Shown in pieces: positions 1-10,473 of a DNA stretch of 64,000 bases. Both the position numbers and the translations under genes were made by a program. Source of the stretch: a virus (lineage: Duplodnaviria; Caudoviricetes); IMG/VR virus record IMGVR_UViG_3300014656_000022, positions 9,544-73,543 of that record. One strand, written 5' to 3'. Numbering within the stretch: the first letter of the stretch is position 1; the number at the start of each line of letters is the position of its first letter. The notes under the pieces were generated by a model. That model had not been told where the DNA came from. It did no database searches and saw only the letters and a program-made list of their open reading frames with translations.

Positions 1-136
1 TAACTTCTGATAGATAGGCCTCTTGGGTCTGAAACCCAGAAGAAGAAATCGATACCTGAAGATCCTTTGCTATCTTCTCTAATTTTCCCTTTAGGAGAGA
101 ACTGTCATCGTCCTGCAGAAATCTATTTCCTGACAT
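1..136 (-). CDS. 5' part of a virion-module gene running off the window edge (MSGNRFLQDDDSSLLKGKLEK...)
   Basis: ATG at 136-134 overlaps the upstream TAA (TAATG coupling); frame open to position 1. Confidence 0.6.
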   Translation of the reverse strand, partial: MSGNRFLQDDDSSLLKGKLEKIAKDLQVSISSSGFQTQEAYLSEV

Positions 137-2214
137 TATTCTTCAAACTTCCCTATCTTCTTAGACCCACCCATGAGAGTATATTCTTCCACAGCAGGAG
201 ACAAGTTCAAGTATGCACTATTTCTTCTAAGAATTATGAGGAGATAGCACTCAGAGTATGAAACAATGTCATTCTCTTGGTCCTCTTCCATTACAATAAC
301 ATGATTTTCATTCCGCCTGATAGATAAATCTCCTGTGAGGTCAACTACTTGAAGACCTCCAACTGACGTAAAAGCCCCATATGGAGGATCTGGTCTCACT
401 GATGTGCTAGACGCCATAGGTGTATAACTAACAGTAAAGATATCGGATTCGGATGCTCCAACAATTTGTATTTTAAATGTCATTGGATTATTATTGTTAG
501 GAGTTTTCAGTGCAGTGGTAGTAATAGGAGAAGCTTGTCTCCACCCTATAGTAGAAGTTACATTCCCATCTAAGTTATCGATTTCAATTCCATTTCTGTA
601 GACAATTACATCTCCATCTCCTTCGCCGCCATAGTCACAAACTGTGTAGAACATTGTCTGTCCTACGTCATTTATTGCTGCAGATGTTGTACTCTTCTCT
701 GTGAGAAATAGTCTCTCATGGTGAATTCTAGTGGTTGCAAGAGGAAGAATGCTAAACCTGATAGTTCTAACTAGAATACCATCTGCGTTATAATCTCTCT
801 TTACTATCCAATATTCAATACTCCCTAGATAAATATCGTCATCATCTCCATCGTATGTAGTGCTTGTATACTCTATCTCTCCTGAGAGAGAACTAATGAC
901 TGGTCTACTCTCTAGTGTCTTGAGACCTAGATTGCTCTTTCCTTCTAGTCTGAGAGGAGTAGATACATATACTCCAGTATCTCTATATCTAGCTAACCCT
1001 ATATTAATATTGTCGAAACCAGTAGTAAAAGCATATCCTGTGTAGACTTGAGCTTCTTCCTTAGAGATTTTAGCTAAATCCTTACCTTTCTTGGAGGAGA
1101 TAATATCTGAGAGATTGTCTGAGATTCCAGATAGCTTCATCATTCCTTCATTCCTAGAAGGAAGCTTATCTTCTACTCTCATTAGCTGGTTAAACAATGT
1201 GTCATTCTGAAGATGTTGTAAGCTTTCGAGTCTTCCATTCTCGTTTCTAAAGACGAGAGTAATTTTTCTAGTAAGGATTTTCCTTGTCTGAACACCTATC
1301 GACCCCTCAAAATAAATATCTGGTTCTGAAAGAATCTTTGTTATTCCATCACTATCAAGGAAATAAATGCTCTCTAAATAAAGCCCTTGTTTAAGGACTG
1401 GTTCAATCTGAATCCAGTTAATCTCTCTCTTTATTCCTAGGTCCAACTCTAGCTTTATATTGATGCTCTTCTGGGTATTGGTAAAATATACTGATTGAAT
1501 CCAGTAGGTTCCTTTGATTCTGTCAATAACATTCTGAAGCTTAAGTGTTGGGCTCTCAAAGATAGCTTCACTCTGTGGTGTATCTGCGTCAAATATTTGT
1601 CTAATGGCAGATATAGAATAGGTCTCCTGACTCTCTGTAGCAAGCAGTAATCTCTCCCCAGTTAGGTCTATGTAGGCATCGTAGCTCGAATCGATAGTTT
1701 CTTTTGACCTCGGGTCCAGGAAAAGAGTTTGATTCTCCTTCTTTCTGGGAGTTCTTTCTAACCTGCTTTCGCGAAATGTCGTGAACACTGAAGACCCAAA
1801 CCCATAGGTGTTACTACCAAGAGTCTCATAGAGAGATATCTTGCTCTCAAGCTCTGCTACTCCTGCTCGAAGATTCTTGAGGATTACATCTCTAACAATA
1901 GCTTCATGAGCTTTTTGGACTTCATCAATCTTGTTGGCTTCTTCGAAAGCTGCCGAGAGATCGTCTTCTACTCGGTCTAGCATATAATTATGCTTCTCAG
2001 AACTAATAGTCTCACCTGGACCTACAGGAAAGACTTGTAGTGTAGGTTGTAGAATAGTACTAGTCAGTTCTCTAATGAGTCCTTCTAACCTCTGTGTAAA
2101 CTCATCTACAGTACGTATTTGGCCAGCATTCTTCTTTCTATTGAGGAGCTTAATAATCTGATCGGCTTGTCGCTTTCCAATGAGTCCATTGAACTTATCT
2201 AGGTATTCTGCCAT
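136..2214 (-). CDS. Virion structural protein, baseplate/fibre region, 692 aa, function unknown
   Basis: Long ORF, TAATG-coupled at both ends; helical N-terminus then beta-rich body; distal to baseplate genes. Confidence 0.6.
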   Translation of the reverse strand: MAEYLDKFNGLIGKRQADQIIKLLNRKKNAGQIRTVDEFTQRLEGLIRELTSTILQPTLQVFPVGPGETISSEKHNYMLDRVEDDLSAAFEEANKIDEVQKAHEAIVRDVILKNLRAGVAELESKISLYETLGSNTYGFGSSVFTTFRESRLERTPRKKENQTLFLDPRSKETIDSSYDAYIDLTGERLLLATESQETYSISAIRQIFDADTPQSEAIFESPTLKLQNVIDRIKGTYWIQSVYFTNTQKSINIKLELDLGIKREINWIQIEPVLKQGLYLESIYFLDSDGITKILSEPDIYFEGSIGVQTRKILTRKITLVFRNENGRLESLQHLQNDTLFNQLMRVEDKLPSRNEGMMKLSGISDNLSDIISSKKGKDLAKISKEEAQVYTGYAFTTGFDNINIGLARYRDTGVYVSTPLRLEGKSNLGLKTLESRPVISSLSGEIEYTSTTYDGDDDDIYLGSIEYWIVKRDYNADGILVRTIRFSILPLATTRIHHERLFLTEKSTTSAAINDVGQTMFYTVCDYGGEGDGDVIVYRNGIEIDNLDGNVTSTIGWRQASPITTTALKTPNNNNPMTFKIQIVGASESDIFTVSYTPMASSTSVRPDPPYGAFTSVGGLQVVDLTGDLSIRRNENHVIVMEEDQENDIVSYSECYLLIILRRNSAYLNLSPAVEEYTLMGGSKKIGKFEE

Positions 2215-2669
2215 TAGATACGTTCCTCACTAATATACCAAGATATTCTCCCAGTCTGGACATCTAATTCTAGACAAAGCCATTTCCATAGATCAGCTGT
2301 AGTAAACTCATAGACACAAAACTCTTCATAACCAAGATCAAGATCATATAGGAGACTCAAAACTGTTTCGTCCTCTGTTTCAAACGCGATGAGATAGTTG
2401 TCCCGTGAGAGAATCTCTTTCTCTATTCTCCTCTTAGTAAAATGTCCTGCAGATGTAAATAAAGGTACTTCCCAAGTGTCTGATTGCCAATAGGTTCCAT
2501 CTCCTAAAATAGAGAGACTCTTCCCTTGATGACTAAGAGACACTCCATTCATATTGGTTAATCTACCGCCCTGCCAAGTAGCTTTACCAGAACTAACTAA
2601 GTGATCGAACCCTTCTTCAACTGTTCCATCGTCAAAGTGCTTGATCCACCCATTAAGAGGTATAGACAT
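2214..2669 (-). CDS. Hypothetical protein, about 151 aa (MSIPLNGWIK...)
   Basis: Start moved to ATG 2669, which overlaps the upstream gene end by 17 nt; the track start at 2780 lies deep inside the upstream gene. Confidence 0.6.
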   Translation of the reverse strand: MSIPLNGWIKHFDDGTVEEGFDHLVSSGKATWQGGRLTNMNGVSLSHQGKSLSILGDGTYWQSDTWEVPLFTSAGHFTKRRIEKEILSRDNYLIAFETEDETVLSLLYDLDLGYEEFCVYEFTTADLWKWLCLELDVQTGRISWYISEERI

Positions 2670-3201
2670 AAGTGAGCTTACTCTTGAATTGCCGTTCACC
2701 GAGAACTCCTTCATCTGAGGGAACACTAACCCTACATTTAAAGCTAGGCCAAGTAGTACAATCAGCTGGAATGACACCATCTGCTGGCATTGAAGGAGTA
2801 GAGTTCATACTTGAACTCAAGAGAACTCCATTAGCTGAACTATCGCCCCTACTAGTACAAAAGACGCTATAGTCATTATCATACTTAGAGCTAACAGTAG
2901 GCCACTTCCCGGATGGAAAGCTTCCTGCTGCATCCATATTAACCTGGAAACCACCAAAAGCTCCTGCGGTTTCCCCATCTCCCCAGGAGAGAAGCTCTAT
3001 GAGGTCTAGAGCAGCAGTAGAGTCACCTGTATATCCAGAATCTACAGCAGAAAGAAATAGCCTACAGTTAGAAAGTTGGTAGTCCCCATCATGCTCAATA
3101 GAGATAGTTTGAACTGTAGTGGTACTTCCTGCTCCTGCAGTTCCGTGATCAATACTAGTTATAGCTACAGCACTGACCTTCCATGTTATATTAACTGCCA
3201 T
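2653..3201 (-). CDS. Hypothetical beta-rich virion protein, 182 aa
   Basis: ORF in operon orientation with Ser/Thr/Gly-rich beta-strand composition. Confidence 0.6.
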   Translation of the reverse strand: MAVNITWKVSAVAITSIDHGTAGAGSTTTVQTISIEHDGDYQLSNCRLFLSAVDSGYTGDSTAALDLIELLSWGDGETAGAFGGFQVNMDAAGSFPSGKWPTVSSKYDNDYSVFCTSRGDSSANGVLLSSSMNSTPSMPADGVIPADCTTWPSFKCRVSVPSDEGVLGERQFKSKLTYVYTS

Positions 3202-3209
3202 TTATTCTC

Positions 3210-5486
3210 CTATACAACTGCAAAAACATTAGTAATTCCAGAGTCTTGCATACTAATAGATGGAAGAAATATTTTTGCTTTGATCCTTCGTACAGTCTCT
3301 GCTTCTACTCCTCTAGCTCCAATCTCTAAGGGTCCTATCGCTTGAGTTACTAGAGGTTGAAATGTATCTCCATCCATTTTACCACCGATAACAGAGATAT
3401 AGTAGATGACATTCGGAGTTAATCCAGTGATTTGACAGGAGTTCCCATTATCTATATGAACAATTGGAGTAAGGTTAGCTAGAGACCAAGCTCCTGTATT
3501 CTGAGTTGAGGTATAGACTTGATAAACTATATCATCTATATTTCCGTATCCAGTCCAGTAAAGAGTTATTGCCCCCGTGCTAAAAGAAAGATTAGTGATA
3601 TCTATTTCGATACCATAAGCCCTAACTACTGGATAGACTCCTAATGCTGTATGTCTTTCTACTACACTCCTTACTTGTCCCATAGTAAAGGTTCCACCAG
3701 CTTCTTCTAGAACTGTTACCGGTACTTCTATTAAGTATGAAGCATTACCAGGATATGGGGTGCCGTCGTAGTTGGATAAATCCCAGAACCATCCTACATC
3801 TTCCTGAATATCTTGAGCTTCTCCAAGGAAGTTAACATTGATTCCTCCTCCTCTTCTCCTAGAATCAATAATAGTTAAGCTGTCAATGCCTTGAGCTTCC
3901 CCTATACTTACTGTTCCTAGGACTAAGAAGATACCATCTCCCTCGGTGGAATATTCGTCAATAAAAACCTCATAGCTTGAGTCATCTAACCAAGTAGGTT
4001 TTGCTTCAAAGTAAAGAGTTTTCCCTCCTATAGTCTGGGTAGTATTGTCAAAGCTTGTCCAATTGCTCTCTGTGACCTTCCCATACTCATTCAATTTCAA
4101 GTAGTAGAGAGTCTGTGTCCTAGTTGTTAAAATGGTGTCTGGATAGATAAAGAAGACTACTGGAGTAGTTTGGATGCTTCTATTTTGAATCGGGTTAAAG
4201 TTAGCTAGGGTAAACTCATATGCTGTTTCTTCATAGTTATATGAAGCAGTTATCTCATAGTCCTCACTAAGAGTTAATCCATCGATTAGAACAAATCCTT
4301 GTCTATAATCTACGGACCGAATTCCTACTTGACTGGTCTCACTCCAGATTTCATAGGTAGCTCCATTAGAAGCTATTTCTCCTTCCAAGCTCAAATCTGT
4401 CGTATATGCAGCTAGAGCATCTCCATCTTCATCATCTATGAGAATGGTCAACCAGAGGTCTTCTACTTCGTCTTCATGAACTAAGTCATGGTCTAGCTTT
4501 AGAAGAGAAGACGATAGGACATTCGGTGTTTCAGTTGATTGTTTATATGGATAGAGAGGAGACCAGCTCTGGGTTAGAAACTCTGCTATGTGATACTTAT
4601 AGAGATTCCCATCACTTAGAGTAGCGAAGAATGAACCATTTGAGACCTTTATATACCAAGGATCAGCTGTATCACTCCCTGCTGGAGAAAGAATCCTCAA
4701 TCTAGCAGAATTCCTAGTCTTGTAAGCATAGTCTCCTATCCCAGGTAGATAGATTTCATACGTATTCTCTAACTCATTAATAAGATAAACTTTTCTCCCG
4801 TCCTGGATAATCTCTAGGTCTTCGTCTAAGTCTTCATAAGATGCAATCCCATATATAGGTTCGCTGGACAATAGGTCTGTATATGTATAGATAACTCCGT
4901 CTATTCTAACGGTATATCTAATGAAGTAGACTATATAGTCTGTAGAAGATACGAAACTATTCTCCAGGTTTGAATAGACTATTCCCTTTGCATAATCAAT
5001 ACTGGTTTCAAACACTTCTGTCTGCTGTTGATATTCGTCCAAGATAGAAATAGATAGGAGAGACACTCCACTAGCAGTGGTAAGGTCTATATCACTAACT
5101 CGTTGAACTCTATCAGTGCTGATTACATGCTTGAAGAATAAAGGAGTTCCTTCGCGCGTGGAGAGACTATCAGTGAATACATCTGTAACTAAAAAATTAA
5201 GTGTATGTATCTCAAAATTATTGTCCGAAGAAATAGTTCTATATTCAGGTTCAAATTCTCTATTTGGAAAGAGAGATGTAGACCTATCTGAGATAGATAA
5301 ATTGTTAGCTACTTCTACAGCTGTTCCAGCGACATAAGCAATATTAGCTTTACTTGAAGATACACTTTCTCTAAAAAGTGGGATACCTCTTCTCTTAGTA
5401 ATATTTAGAAAACAATCTGTATCAATAGTCTTCTCTACTGAACTAATTTCAAAAGAATGTGAGAGACTAGATACTTGAATTGGCAT
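3210..5486 (-). CDS. Baseplate-region structural protein with C-terminal fibronectin type III-like domain
   Basis: ITNLSFSTGAITLYWTG...YQVY...ITGLTPNVIYYISV matches the FN3 W/Y/LxP..Y pattern (about 3390-3610). Confidence 0.6.
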   Translation of the reverse strand: MPIQVSSLSHSFEISSVEKTIDTDCFLNITKRRGIPLFRESVSSSKANIAYVAGTAVEVANNLSISDRSTSLFPNREFEPEYRTISSDNNFEIHTLNFLVTDVFTDSLSTREGTPLFFKHVISTDRVQRVSDIDLTTASGVSLLSISILDEYQQQTEVFETSIDYAKGIVYSNLENSFVSSTDYIVYFIRYTVRIDGVIYTYTDLLSSEPIYGIASYEDLDEDLEIIQDGRKVYLINELENTYEIYLPGIGDYAYKTRNSARLRILSPAGSDTADPWYIKVSNGSFFATLSDGNLYKYHIAEFLTQSWSPLYPYKQSTETPNVLSSSLLKLDHDLVHEDEVEDLWLTILIDDEDGDALAAYTTDLSLEGEIASNGATYEIWSETSQVGIRSVDYRQGFVLIDGLTLSEDYEITASYNYEETAYEFTLANFNPIQNRSIQTTPVVFFIYPDTILTTRTQTLYYLKLNEYGKVTESNWTSFDNTTQTIGGKTLYFEAKPTWLDDSSYEVFIDEYSTEGDGIFLVLGTVSIGEAQGIDSLTIIDSRRRGGGINVNFLGEAQDIQEDVGWFWDLSNYDGTPYPGNASYLIEVPVTVLEEAGGTFTMGQVRSVVERHTALGVYPVVRAYGIEIDITNLSFSTGAITLYWTGYGNIDDIVYQVYTSTQNTGAWSLANLTPIVHIDNGNSCQITGLTPNVIYYISVIGGKMDGDTFQPLVTQAIGPLEIGARGVEAETVRRIKAKIFLPSISMQDSGITNVFAVV

Positions 5487-5487
5487 C

Positions 5488-7530
5488 TTAGGCTACAACT
5501 GTTATCTCTTTCCAAGCTGTACCATTATAGTAATAAAGTTTGTGGTCTGTTCCATTCATGTAGATGTCTCCTTCTGCTGGAGAAGTAGTAGGAGCAGCAG
5601 CCTGTGGATGAATATGTAGTGCAGCCCTTCCACTAGCTGCACCAGAAGCATGACCTGTAAAGTATCCTCCATAACTAGTACTAGAATGACCATATACTGC
5701 ATAACTATTCACGCTGATACCTTCAACTCCAAAGGATGTACCAGTAGCTCGTACTCCAATTCCCCCACTGGCAGAAAAGTCGCCTCCAAGGGATACCCCC
5801 TGAGCAAAAACAGCTATATCAGCAGTAGAAATTGCATGAATACCATACTGTAGACCTGTTGTATATATTCCTGAACTCAAGGCAGCGCTAGCATAGACTC
5901 CATACTTCCCAGCAGCAGTTGCGATTCCAGCAACTCCTCCTCCTACAGTAGAGTATCCATAGACTCCATATTTTGTAGCAGCGGCGGTAGTTCCATATAT
6001 GCCATAATCACTTGTACTATTTGCTGTAAGAGTAGGCCAAGTAGCTCCAGAAAGCTCGGTAATTACTACCCCAGTAGCATTACTGTAATAAATGCTGGCT
6101 CCTGTAATATCTCCAAAATAGATTTTAAAACTATCATCAGTACAAGTTGCATCTAAGTAACTATCTGCTCCACTTGTATCTGCATTGGCTAATAGAAGAT
6201 GACCAAGCATTGCATTGTTATAGACATCCCTCTTTGTTGCCGCAGAAGTAGAACTTCCACCACGGCTCAGAAGAGAGGTATGAATATCATCCGCCCATCT
6301 TGAAGGAGGCCAAACGGGTAGATAGTCTGGATATCTAGCTGTATGACTAACATAGTTAGTATCAGGAGGATTCCTATTAGTTAGGTCATTATGACTAATG
6401 GTTGAGTCTAAGGTAGTCCCTTTATTGTGCTGATGTTTAAACATTGCAGCTCTAACTTGCCAGAGAGACCTAGTAATTGGAGAGCCACAACAAATAAGAA
6501 CTAAATCAGAGCTTTCATAGTTAGCCTTAACCTCTGTATCTGTATCTAGGGCATCAAAGTCAAAGCTACTAGAAGATATCTCTAGAGCATAATCTGCATG
6601 AGCATAACCAGGATCTGGTTTATAGAAAGATACCCCTTCAATAATAGTATCTTCTGCCGTACTCCATAGATAGAGGAACCCAGGAGGTAATTCATCTCCA
6701 GTAGACATAGTACTCCACACGTCTTGGATTTCCTTAGGAAGAGAATAGCGATAGTAGGCATCATCTAGAGCAGAAGTAGCTACTCCACTCTGCCAAAGAT
6801 AGTTATCCCCTCCAATTGCTGTAGCTATATTCGCAGCATGATAAGTAGCTAATGGATAATTAGCTGGTTTATCTGGCTCGCTATCTAAATCAATTGGACA
6901 TCTAGGAGGAAGGATTGCATAATAAGTTGTTCCATCTTTCTCAATTCTTAGGTTTATATATGTAGTCTGTCTAGGATCCGGGATAACAGAAGGAACTACT
7001 TCCTGGCCCAAATCCCATTCATTTACTGTATCTACAGTATATGCAAGGACTTCTGTCCCATCCATTGCAGCTGCAGAGTGGAACCTGCCTGTAGAGTCAT
7101 CTATATAATAGTTTCCACCACTTACAGCATCAAACTCACTGGTCTTTCTATCTCCTGAGAAACCTGTTCCTCCAGTAGTAACAGTAACGGTTCCTCCAGT
7201 GTCAGGGGGAAAGAGAAGATATCCATCTGTTTCAGTATCAAACCTATCTCCAACAGCATCATTGTAAACAAAGGCTTCAGTTGGTGGATATAGATTAGGA
7301 ATTAGATAACTAGCTTGTCCTATCATTCTAGCCAAGTTTGAGAGTTGTAGAGGATAGTTTGTAGATAGGATAGCATCCCCAGACTGATTCCAAGGGTCTC
7401 CAATGGCCTTCTCAAGAATGTTAGTGCCATTACGAGCTTGCTCTGTAATTGCATTTAGCTTAGCAGCTGTGGGTCTCTCCCCGTCTCCATGAGTAATCCT
7501 GAGAGGAAGTACTTTCCGCATTTTATCCAT
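5488..7530 (-). CDS. Putative tail fibre / receptor-binding protein
   Basis: C-terminal YGxYG-type repeats (YGIYG, YGVYG, YGVYA, YGIHA, YAVYG, YGGYF) and terminal GDIYMNGTDHKLYYYNGTAWKEI; lies after baseplate genes. Confidence 0.6.
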   Translation of the reverse strand: MDKMRKVLPLRITHGDGERPTAAKLNAITEQARNGTNILEKAIGDPWNQSGDAILSTNYPLQLSNLARMIGQASYLIPNLYPPTEAFVYNDAVGDRFDTETDGYLLFPPDTGGTVTVTTGGTGFSGDRKTSEFDAVSGGNYYIDDSTGRFHSAAAMDGTEVLAYTVDTVNEWDLGQEVVPSVIPDPRQTTYINLRIEKDGTTYYAILPPRCPIDLDSEPDKPANYPLATYHAANIATAIGGDNYLWQSGVATSALDDAYYRYSLPKEIQDVWSTMSTGDELPPGFLYLWSTAEDTIIEGVSFYKPDPGYAHADYALEISSSSFDFDALDTDTEVKANYESSDLVLICCGSPITRSLWQVRAAMFKHQHNKGTTLDSTISHNDLTNRNPPDTNYVSHTARYPDYLPVWPPSRWADDIHTSLLSRGGSSTSAATKRDVYNNAMLGHLLLANADTSGADSYLDATCTDDSFKIYFGDITGASIYYSNATGVVITELSGATWPTLTANSTSDYGIYGTTAAATKYGVYGYSTVGGGVAGIATAAGKYGVYASAALSSGIYTTGLQYGIHAISTADIAVFAQGVSLGGDFSASGGIGVRATGTSFGVEGISVNSYAVYGHSSTSYGGYFTGHASGAASGRAALHIHPQAAAPTTSPAEGDIYMNGTDHKLYYYNGTAWKEITVVA

Positions 7531-7623
7531 TTAAAATCTCCTAAAATTAGGCATCTTATTAGATTTTTTGTCTAAATAAAGATGTTTGAGTTTTTCTTTT
7601 GTTATTTGCAATTTGCTCACCTG

Positions 7624-10473
7624 CTAAACTCCATAATATCCCGAAGTAGTGTCATCATTATTTGGGTCCAAGTACGTCACAGAATCAAGTACTGACGCCA
7701 TAGTTATATTACTATCTCTCAATCTAAATCCAAGTGGGATATCGGCTGGAAGAGCCCCTGTTACCCAACTATGAATGAGACTGTATCCTGCCTCATCATG
7801 TCCCTCTACATCTCCTACTCTAGTTCTTCTATACCAGTTTAGATAGGTCTCTGTAGGATTAATCCCAGAAGCTAATTCAAACACACAAGCATCTGTATTT
7901 TGTGCTTGCATATAATCTGAATTATCTTGATCATCTACGTCTAAATGGGGGTCTGTGAGATGTGGACTCCCAGTCCAAGAACCTAAGGTAGTTGTAGATA
8001 TAGGATATAGTGCTTGCTCTGCTAGCTTCCCATCTGCAGATTGGCCAATAATAAGTCTAATCCATCCTACGAGCGCGCCATCTTCTGCCCAGCCAACTCC
8101 ATCTGCGCCTGCTGCTCTTACTTTTAAAATCAGAGGTTGAGTGTAATCAATTTCATCTATTGAGCTTTCAGGAAGGAACCCAGAGACTGTAATTCTGTCG
8201 TTACTATCTATATAGTTCCATCGACGTGTGTAGATTGGGCTTCCACTAAGACTTCCTATATACAAATCTGCTACCAAAGAACAATGGCTAACTACTCCTG
8301 GTAACTCATCATGAAACATAGAAGCTTCTATCCAGTGAGGAACATACTTCCTAACAATACGTTCCTTGAGATAAGTCTCATAATTATCAGCTACTCCAGA
8401 GGTTGCATCGATCTGATCGTCCGAAAAATCATTTAAGTTCCGGGGTTTCAAGAGTAGACCACTGGGAATATCATTGAGAACATCAGCATAATAGGTTCCA
8501 TCTACCGTATCTGGAAGAGCTACCATCATATCTACAGTATTAGAATAGACTCTTCTTCCAGTTCTAGGGTTTTGCGCAGAAGCTCTAATACTAGCTAGAG
8601 CATTCCCTACTAGCATATAGGACTTAGTATTGCTAGCGGGAGGAATAGGTAAAACAGTCCCTGTGTAAGTTACTGTTCCTGCAGATAGACCACTAGCAGT
8701 ATCTGTAGAGATTAGAGAAGGATATAGAGGAACAAATGGATATGGCGCTGGACCAGAGTCTCTCTCCCCCGTCAGTGGATTGATAACATCATCTCTATCA
8801 GAAGTAAGAATAATTGTCTTCTTGCCAGTAGTTAAGTCTCCAAGCTCATATGAAGCTATTCTGCCTAATTCTCCTAATAATCTATGAGTTTGTTCCCAGT
8901 CTACATCTGCAGTCCCTCCAGTAGTTATATCTTCTCCGTCAATCCAGGCTTGATAGTAACCACTGACTTCGTCTGCCGGAACACCTAGAGTAGGATCATC
9001 ACTATGGACCTTATAGAGACAAATACCACTTACCACTGTAGCTAACTCAATCCCGCTGACAATAACTTCTGTGTCTCCTCCATCTACTGAAACAGTGTCT
9101 GTATAGAAAGCTATATCATCTACTAAAGTAGGAGGGTTGTAGATAACTATTGCTTCACCATCTGGGTCTGTCTGAGCAGTTATTTCAGTTTGGCTACCTC
9201 CAAATGTTCCAACTGCTGGAGCAATCACCTCAAAGACAACATCTGTTCCCTCTAGAACAGTCCCTCCACTATTCCTGACTGTAGCTGTAAAAGTGCCAAT
9301 ATTGTTGCCAAGATAGATGAGATAGTAATCTCCGGATAGAGACAAGTCAGTATCTAGGGTAACAGAAGCAGGTTCTTCTATATCTGTGGAGAGAAGGATA
9401 AAGCCTCTATGACTGTGATTATGTAATGGATGAACATCAGCTGTAGAGCCAAGAATATAGTCTCTTCCAAAGTTTGGTTCATATTGAACAGCTGGAACCG
9501 TAGTGTAATGAATTCCTATTCTAGAACCTATGGAAGGGACTATCCCTGACCCACTAAAATCAGTTGGATCATAATTCCCGAACTCAAGAAGGCCATAATC
9601 TGAGTCTATCTTTACTTCGTAACCAGTTAGAGAGAAGTCCTCATAACCACTAATAATATCCCATTGAGTAGGAACAGCAGGGTCTAACCAAGACCAGACC
9701 TCATGTGTTTCCCAAGTATCAACAGGAGAGTATTTTATTCTAAATCCTTGATTCTTTCCTCCATCACTGATTCCCACTATTTCTAGGCCAGAGATTTGTT
9801 CTATTCCCTCAGGAGTGCCAGTAACAGTTATTGGAACACCTATAGTCCTGGAGAAGTTACTACTCAACCAGAGCCTATAGGGAGAATAGTCTGTATCTAT
9901 TATAAATTCTGGCTCAATTCCAGATGTAGTAAATTCTACTTTCTTGGCAAAATCTTGGTCTATGAGATGTCTTCCAGTAGAAGAGTCAAATCTATATCTT
10001 CTAATATGTAACGGTATCCCTGTTTTCGGAAGATAAGATAAGTCCAAATATTGCATACCACTAACAACATTCTGGGCTCGAAATAATTCAGTTTGATAAT
10101 CGTCACTATGAAAATACCACTCCTTGTCAAAGATGTAGTAATGTCCATGAGTTAGACGAGGGACCCATAACTCAGTATTATCAAGACTATATCTTTCTAT
10201 GTTCTGAAGAAGAAGATCATCTCCATCTCCATATCCAGATTGCCAATAGTCTTCTTCTAACCCCGATACAGATGGATCCCAGAGAGAAGAGATATATGCT
10301 GAACCTTCTATTTCTCTCGTTGTTGGCCACGTTCGAATATCCCATTTCCATCCTTCTACTAACTTATTAGACCCTGGATGTTCTTTAGTAGCCCAAGGAG
10401 AGTCTACTCCAATGGTCCTATCAGATACAAATTCGATTACATGTAGTAGAGTATCTGTATCAACAATAGTCAT
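7624..10473 (-). CDS. Large virion protein with bacterial Ig-like (Big_1-type) domain
   Basis: FTATVRNSGGTVLEGTDVVF...TAQTDPDGEAIVIY (about 9130-9310) matches the Big_1 pattern. Confidence 0.6.
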   Translation of the reverse strand: MTIVDTDTLLHVIEFVSDRTIGVDSPWATKEHPGSNKLVEGWKWDIRTWPTTREIEGSAYISSLWDPSVSGLEEDYWQSGYGDGDDLLLQNIERYSLDNTELWVPRLTHGHYYIFDKEWYFHSDDYQTELFRAQNVVSGMQYLDLSYLPKTGIPLHIRRYRFDSSTGRHLIDQDFAKKVEFTTSGIEPEFIIDTDYSPYRLWLSSNFSRTIGVPITVTGTPEGIEQISGLEIVGISDGGKNQGFRIKYSPVDTWETHEVWSWLDPAVPTQWDIISGYEDFSLTGYEVKIDSDYGLLEFGNYDPTDFSGSGIVPSIGSRIGIHYTTVPAVQYEPNFGRDYILGSTADVHPLHNHSHRGFILLSTDIEEPASVTLDTDLSLSGDYYLIYLGNNIGTFTATVRNSGGTVLEGTDVVFEVIAPAVGTFGGSQTEITAQTDPDGEAIVIYNPPTLVDDIAFYTDTVSVDGGDTEVIVSGIELATVVSGICLYKVHSDDPTLGVPADEVSGYYQAWIDGEDITTGGTADVDWEQTHRLLGELGRIASYELGDLTTGKKTIILTSDRDDVINPLTGERDSGPAPYPFVPLYPSLISTDTASGLSAGTVTYTGTVLPIPPASNTKSYMLVGNALASIRASAQNPRTGRRVYSNTVDMMVALPDTVDGTYYADVLNDIPSGLLLKPRNLNDFSDDQIDATSGVADNYETYLKERIVRKYVPHWIEASMFHDELPGVVSHCSLVADLYIGSLSGSPIYTRRWNYIDSNDRITVSGFLPESSIDEIDYTQPLILKVRAAGADGVGWAEDGALVGWIRLIIGQSADGKLAEQALYPISTTTLGSWTGSPHLTDPHLDVDDQDNSDYMQAQNTDACVFELASGINPTETYLNWYRRTRVGDVEGHDEAGYSLIHSWVTGALPADIPLGFRLRDSNITMASVLDSVTYLDPNNDDTTSGYYGV

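Noticed and set aside
7531-7623. Imperfect AT-rich inverted repeat before the fibre gene as a terminator
   Set aside because: The stem is bulged and AT-rich with no clear U-tract after it on the coding strand
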